Assembly (NCBI GenBank): GCA_043779265.1
Contig: JAYWEM010000150.1
Location: 1 to 34,862 of the forward strand
Source: a bacterium
GTDB taxonomy: Bacteria > Eisenbacteria > RBG-16-71-46
Length of the DNA: 34,862 nucleotides
Reading direction: 5' to 3'
The notes beneath the pieces were generated by a model. That model had not been told where the DNA came from. It was given only the letters and a program-made list of their open reading frames with translations, and ran no database searches. Both the position numbers and the translations under genes were made by a program. Positions 34,039 through 34,862 of the stretch are shown piece after piece (positions within the stretch are counted from its first letter, which is position 1; the number at the start of each line of letters is the position of its first letter).

Positions 34039-34679
34039 TGCGGTTCGTCCTGACGATGCTGATGCTGCTCGGCAGCGCGGCGACCGTCTGGCTCCAGCCA
34101 CCGGTCGATCTCGAGGCGGGGCGCGGCCTGCTGAGGCAGGTGCCCCATGCTTTCGGTTCCTGGAAGGGCGTCGAACTGCAGTTCGAGGAGACGGTCGTGG
34201 ATGAGCTGCGCGCCGACGACATCCTCATCCGTCGCTACGAGCAGGGCGAGCAGATCGCCTGGCTCTGTGTCGTCTATCATCAGAATCGCCGCTACGGTGC
34301 CCATGATCCCCTCGTCTGCTACGAGTCGCAGGGTTTCGTGCTCGGCGAGGAGGGCCATCGCGAGGTGAAGCGCCCGGGCGCCGAGCCGATGGTGGTCAAT
34401 ACATTCGTGGCCGATCGTCGCGGCCGCGAGCGCCTGGTCTGGTACTGGTGGACGACCGACGGTCTGACGACTTCGGATGCCAATCGATTCCGAGGCCGAA
34501 TGGCGATCCTGGGTGCGCTCGAGAATCGCTCGTGGGGAGCCTTCGTCCGAGTCGAGATGATCGTCGGCGCGGGTGGTCGTGAGCAGGCCGAGGCGTCGCT
34601 TGAGGAGTTCGCGACGCTCGTGGCGACTGAGATGCCGACCGTCTTCGCTCGGGCGCGGAACGGGTCCGGACGCCCGTGA
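34035..34679 (+). CDS. epsI: EpsI family exosortase-associated protein
   Basis: VPHAFGSWKG, LRADDILIRRY, HDPLVCYESQG, LVWYWW, GAFVRV; directly follows the exosortase with ATGA overlap. Confidence 0.88.
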   Translation: MMRFVLTMLMLLGSAATVWLQPPVDLEAGRGLLRQVPHAFGSWKGVELQFEETVVDELRADDILIRRYEQGEQIAWLCVVYHQNRRYGAHDPLVCYESQGFVLGEEGHREVKRPGAEPMVVNTFVADRRGRERLVWYWWTTDGLTTSDANRFRGRMAILGALENRSWGAFVRVEMIVGAGGREQAEASLEEFATLVATEMPTVFARARNGSGRP

Positions 34680-34862
34680 ATCCACTGCAGCCGTTCGCGC
34701 TCGGTCTCGAGGCGATGCGGCGTGCGCTCGTCGGGCTCCTTCGTGTCCCCTACGGCCGGGCCTGGCTGCTGCTCACGGCCGTGCTCGGCGCGGTCGTCGT
34801 CGCACTCGCATGGGCGGCACATCCGGCCCTCTCCTGGTTCCTCGCGCCCCTGCTCGAGCGGA
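34676..34862 (+). CDS. Hypothetical membrane protein, 3' end outside window
   Basis: GTGA overlap with the epsI stop; MNPLQPFALGLEAMRRALVGLLRVPYGRAWLLLTAVLGAVVVALAWAAHPALSWFLAPLLER, open to the window end. Confidence 0.65.
   Translation, partial: MNPLQPFALGLEAMRRALVGLLRVPYGRAWLLLTAVLGAVVVALAWAAHPALSWFLAPLLER

Noticed and set aside
1..34862. Frequent GCGATCGC/CGATCG suggesting HIP1-like repeats; CRISPR arrays; IS elements
   Set aside because: Most occurrences fit Ala-Ile-Ala-type codons in GC-rich genes and enrichment was not computed; no spaced direct repeats, transposase or terminal inverted repeats were seen.

Overview
High-GC bacterial chromosomal window with no mobile element or CRISPR array. 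The left third holds a 5'-partial UvrD/PcrA-family helicase (minus strand, not in the ORF track because its stop lies outside the window), a divergent orphan family-5 solute-binding lipoprotein, a 1566-aa secreted C25 (gingipain-like) peptidase with Ig-like, FN3, FG-GAP and FlgD/T9SS-like C-terminal domains, gltX followed by tRNA-Gln(CUG) and tRNA-Glu(CUC), a small repeat membrane protein and an SDR. From 11682 to the window end runs a largely translationally coupled Wzx/Wzy exopolysaccharide operon: CapD/PglF dehydratase, Wza-like OPX, Wzc, Wzx, two GT2, Wzy-like polymerase, deacetylase, three GT4, CapA-family protein, tandem FemAB/GNAT protein, methyltransferase, GT4-phosphoglycosyl transferase (PGT) fusion, exosortase and EpsI. 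Most notable: (1) two PGT fusions bracket the operon, one intact (GT4-PGT, CapL+CapM-like) and one on CapD with the catalytic DE dyad changed to DK plus an Arg-rich insert, a probable pseudo-enzyme; (2) a ~190-nt extensively paired RNA with its own promoter directly upstream of the operon; (3) a CapA + duplicated FemAB-like + methyltransferase decoration module; (4) a recurring TAGnnT -10 promoter pattern. The gene content suggests an FCB-group-like lineage such as Ca. Eisenbacteria, but that is inference only. All assignments are by eye from motifs; no searches were run.
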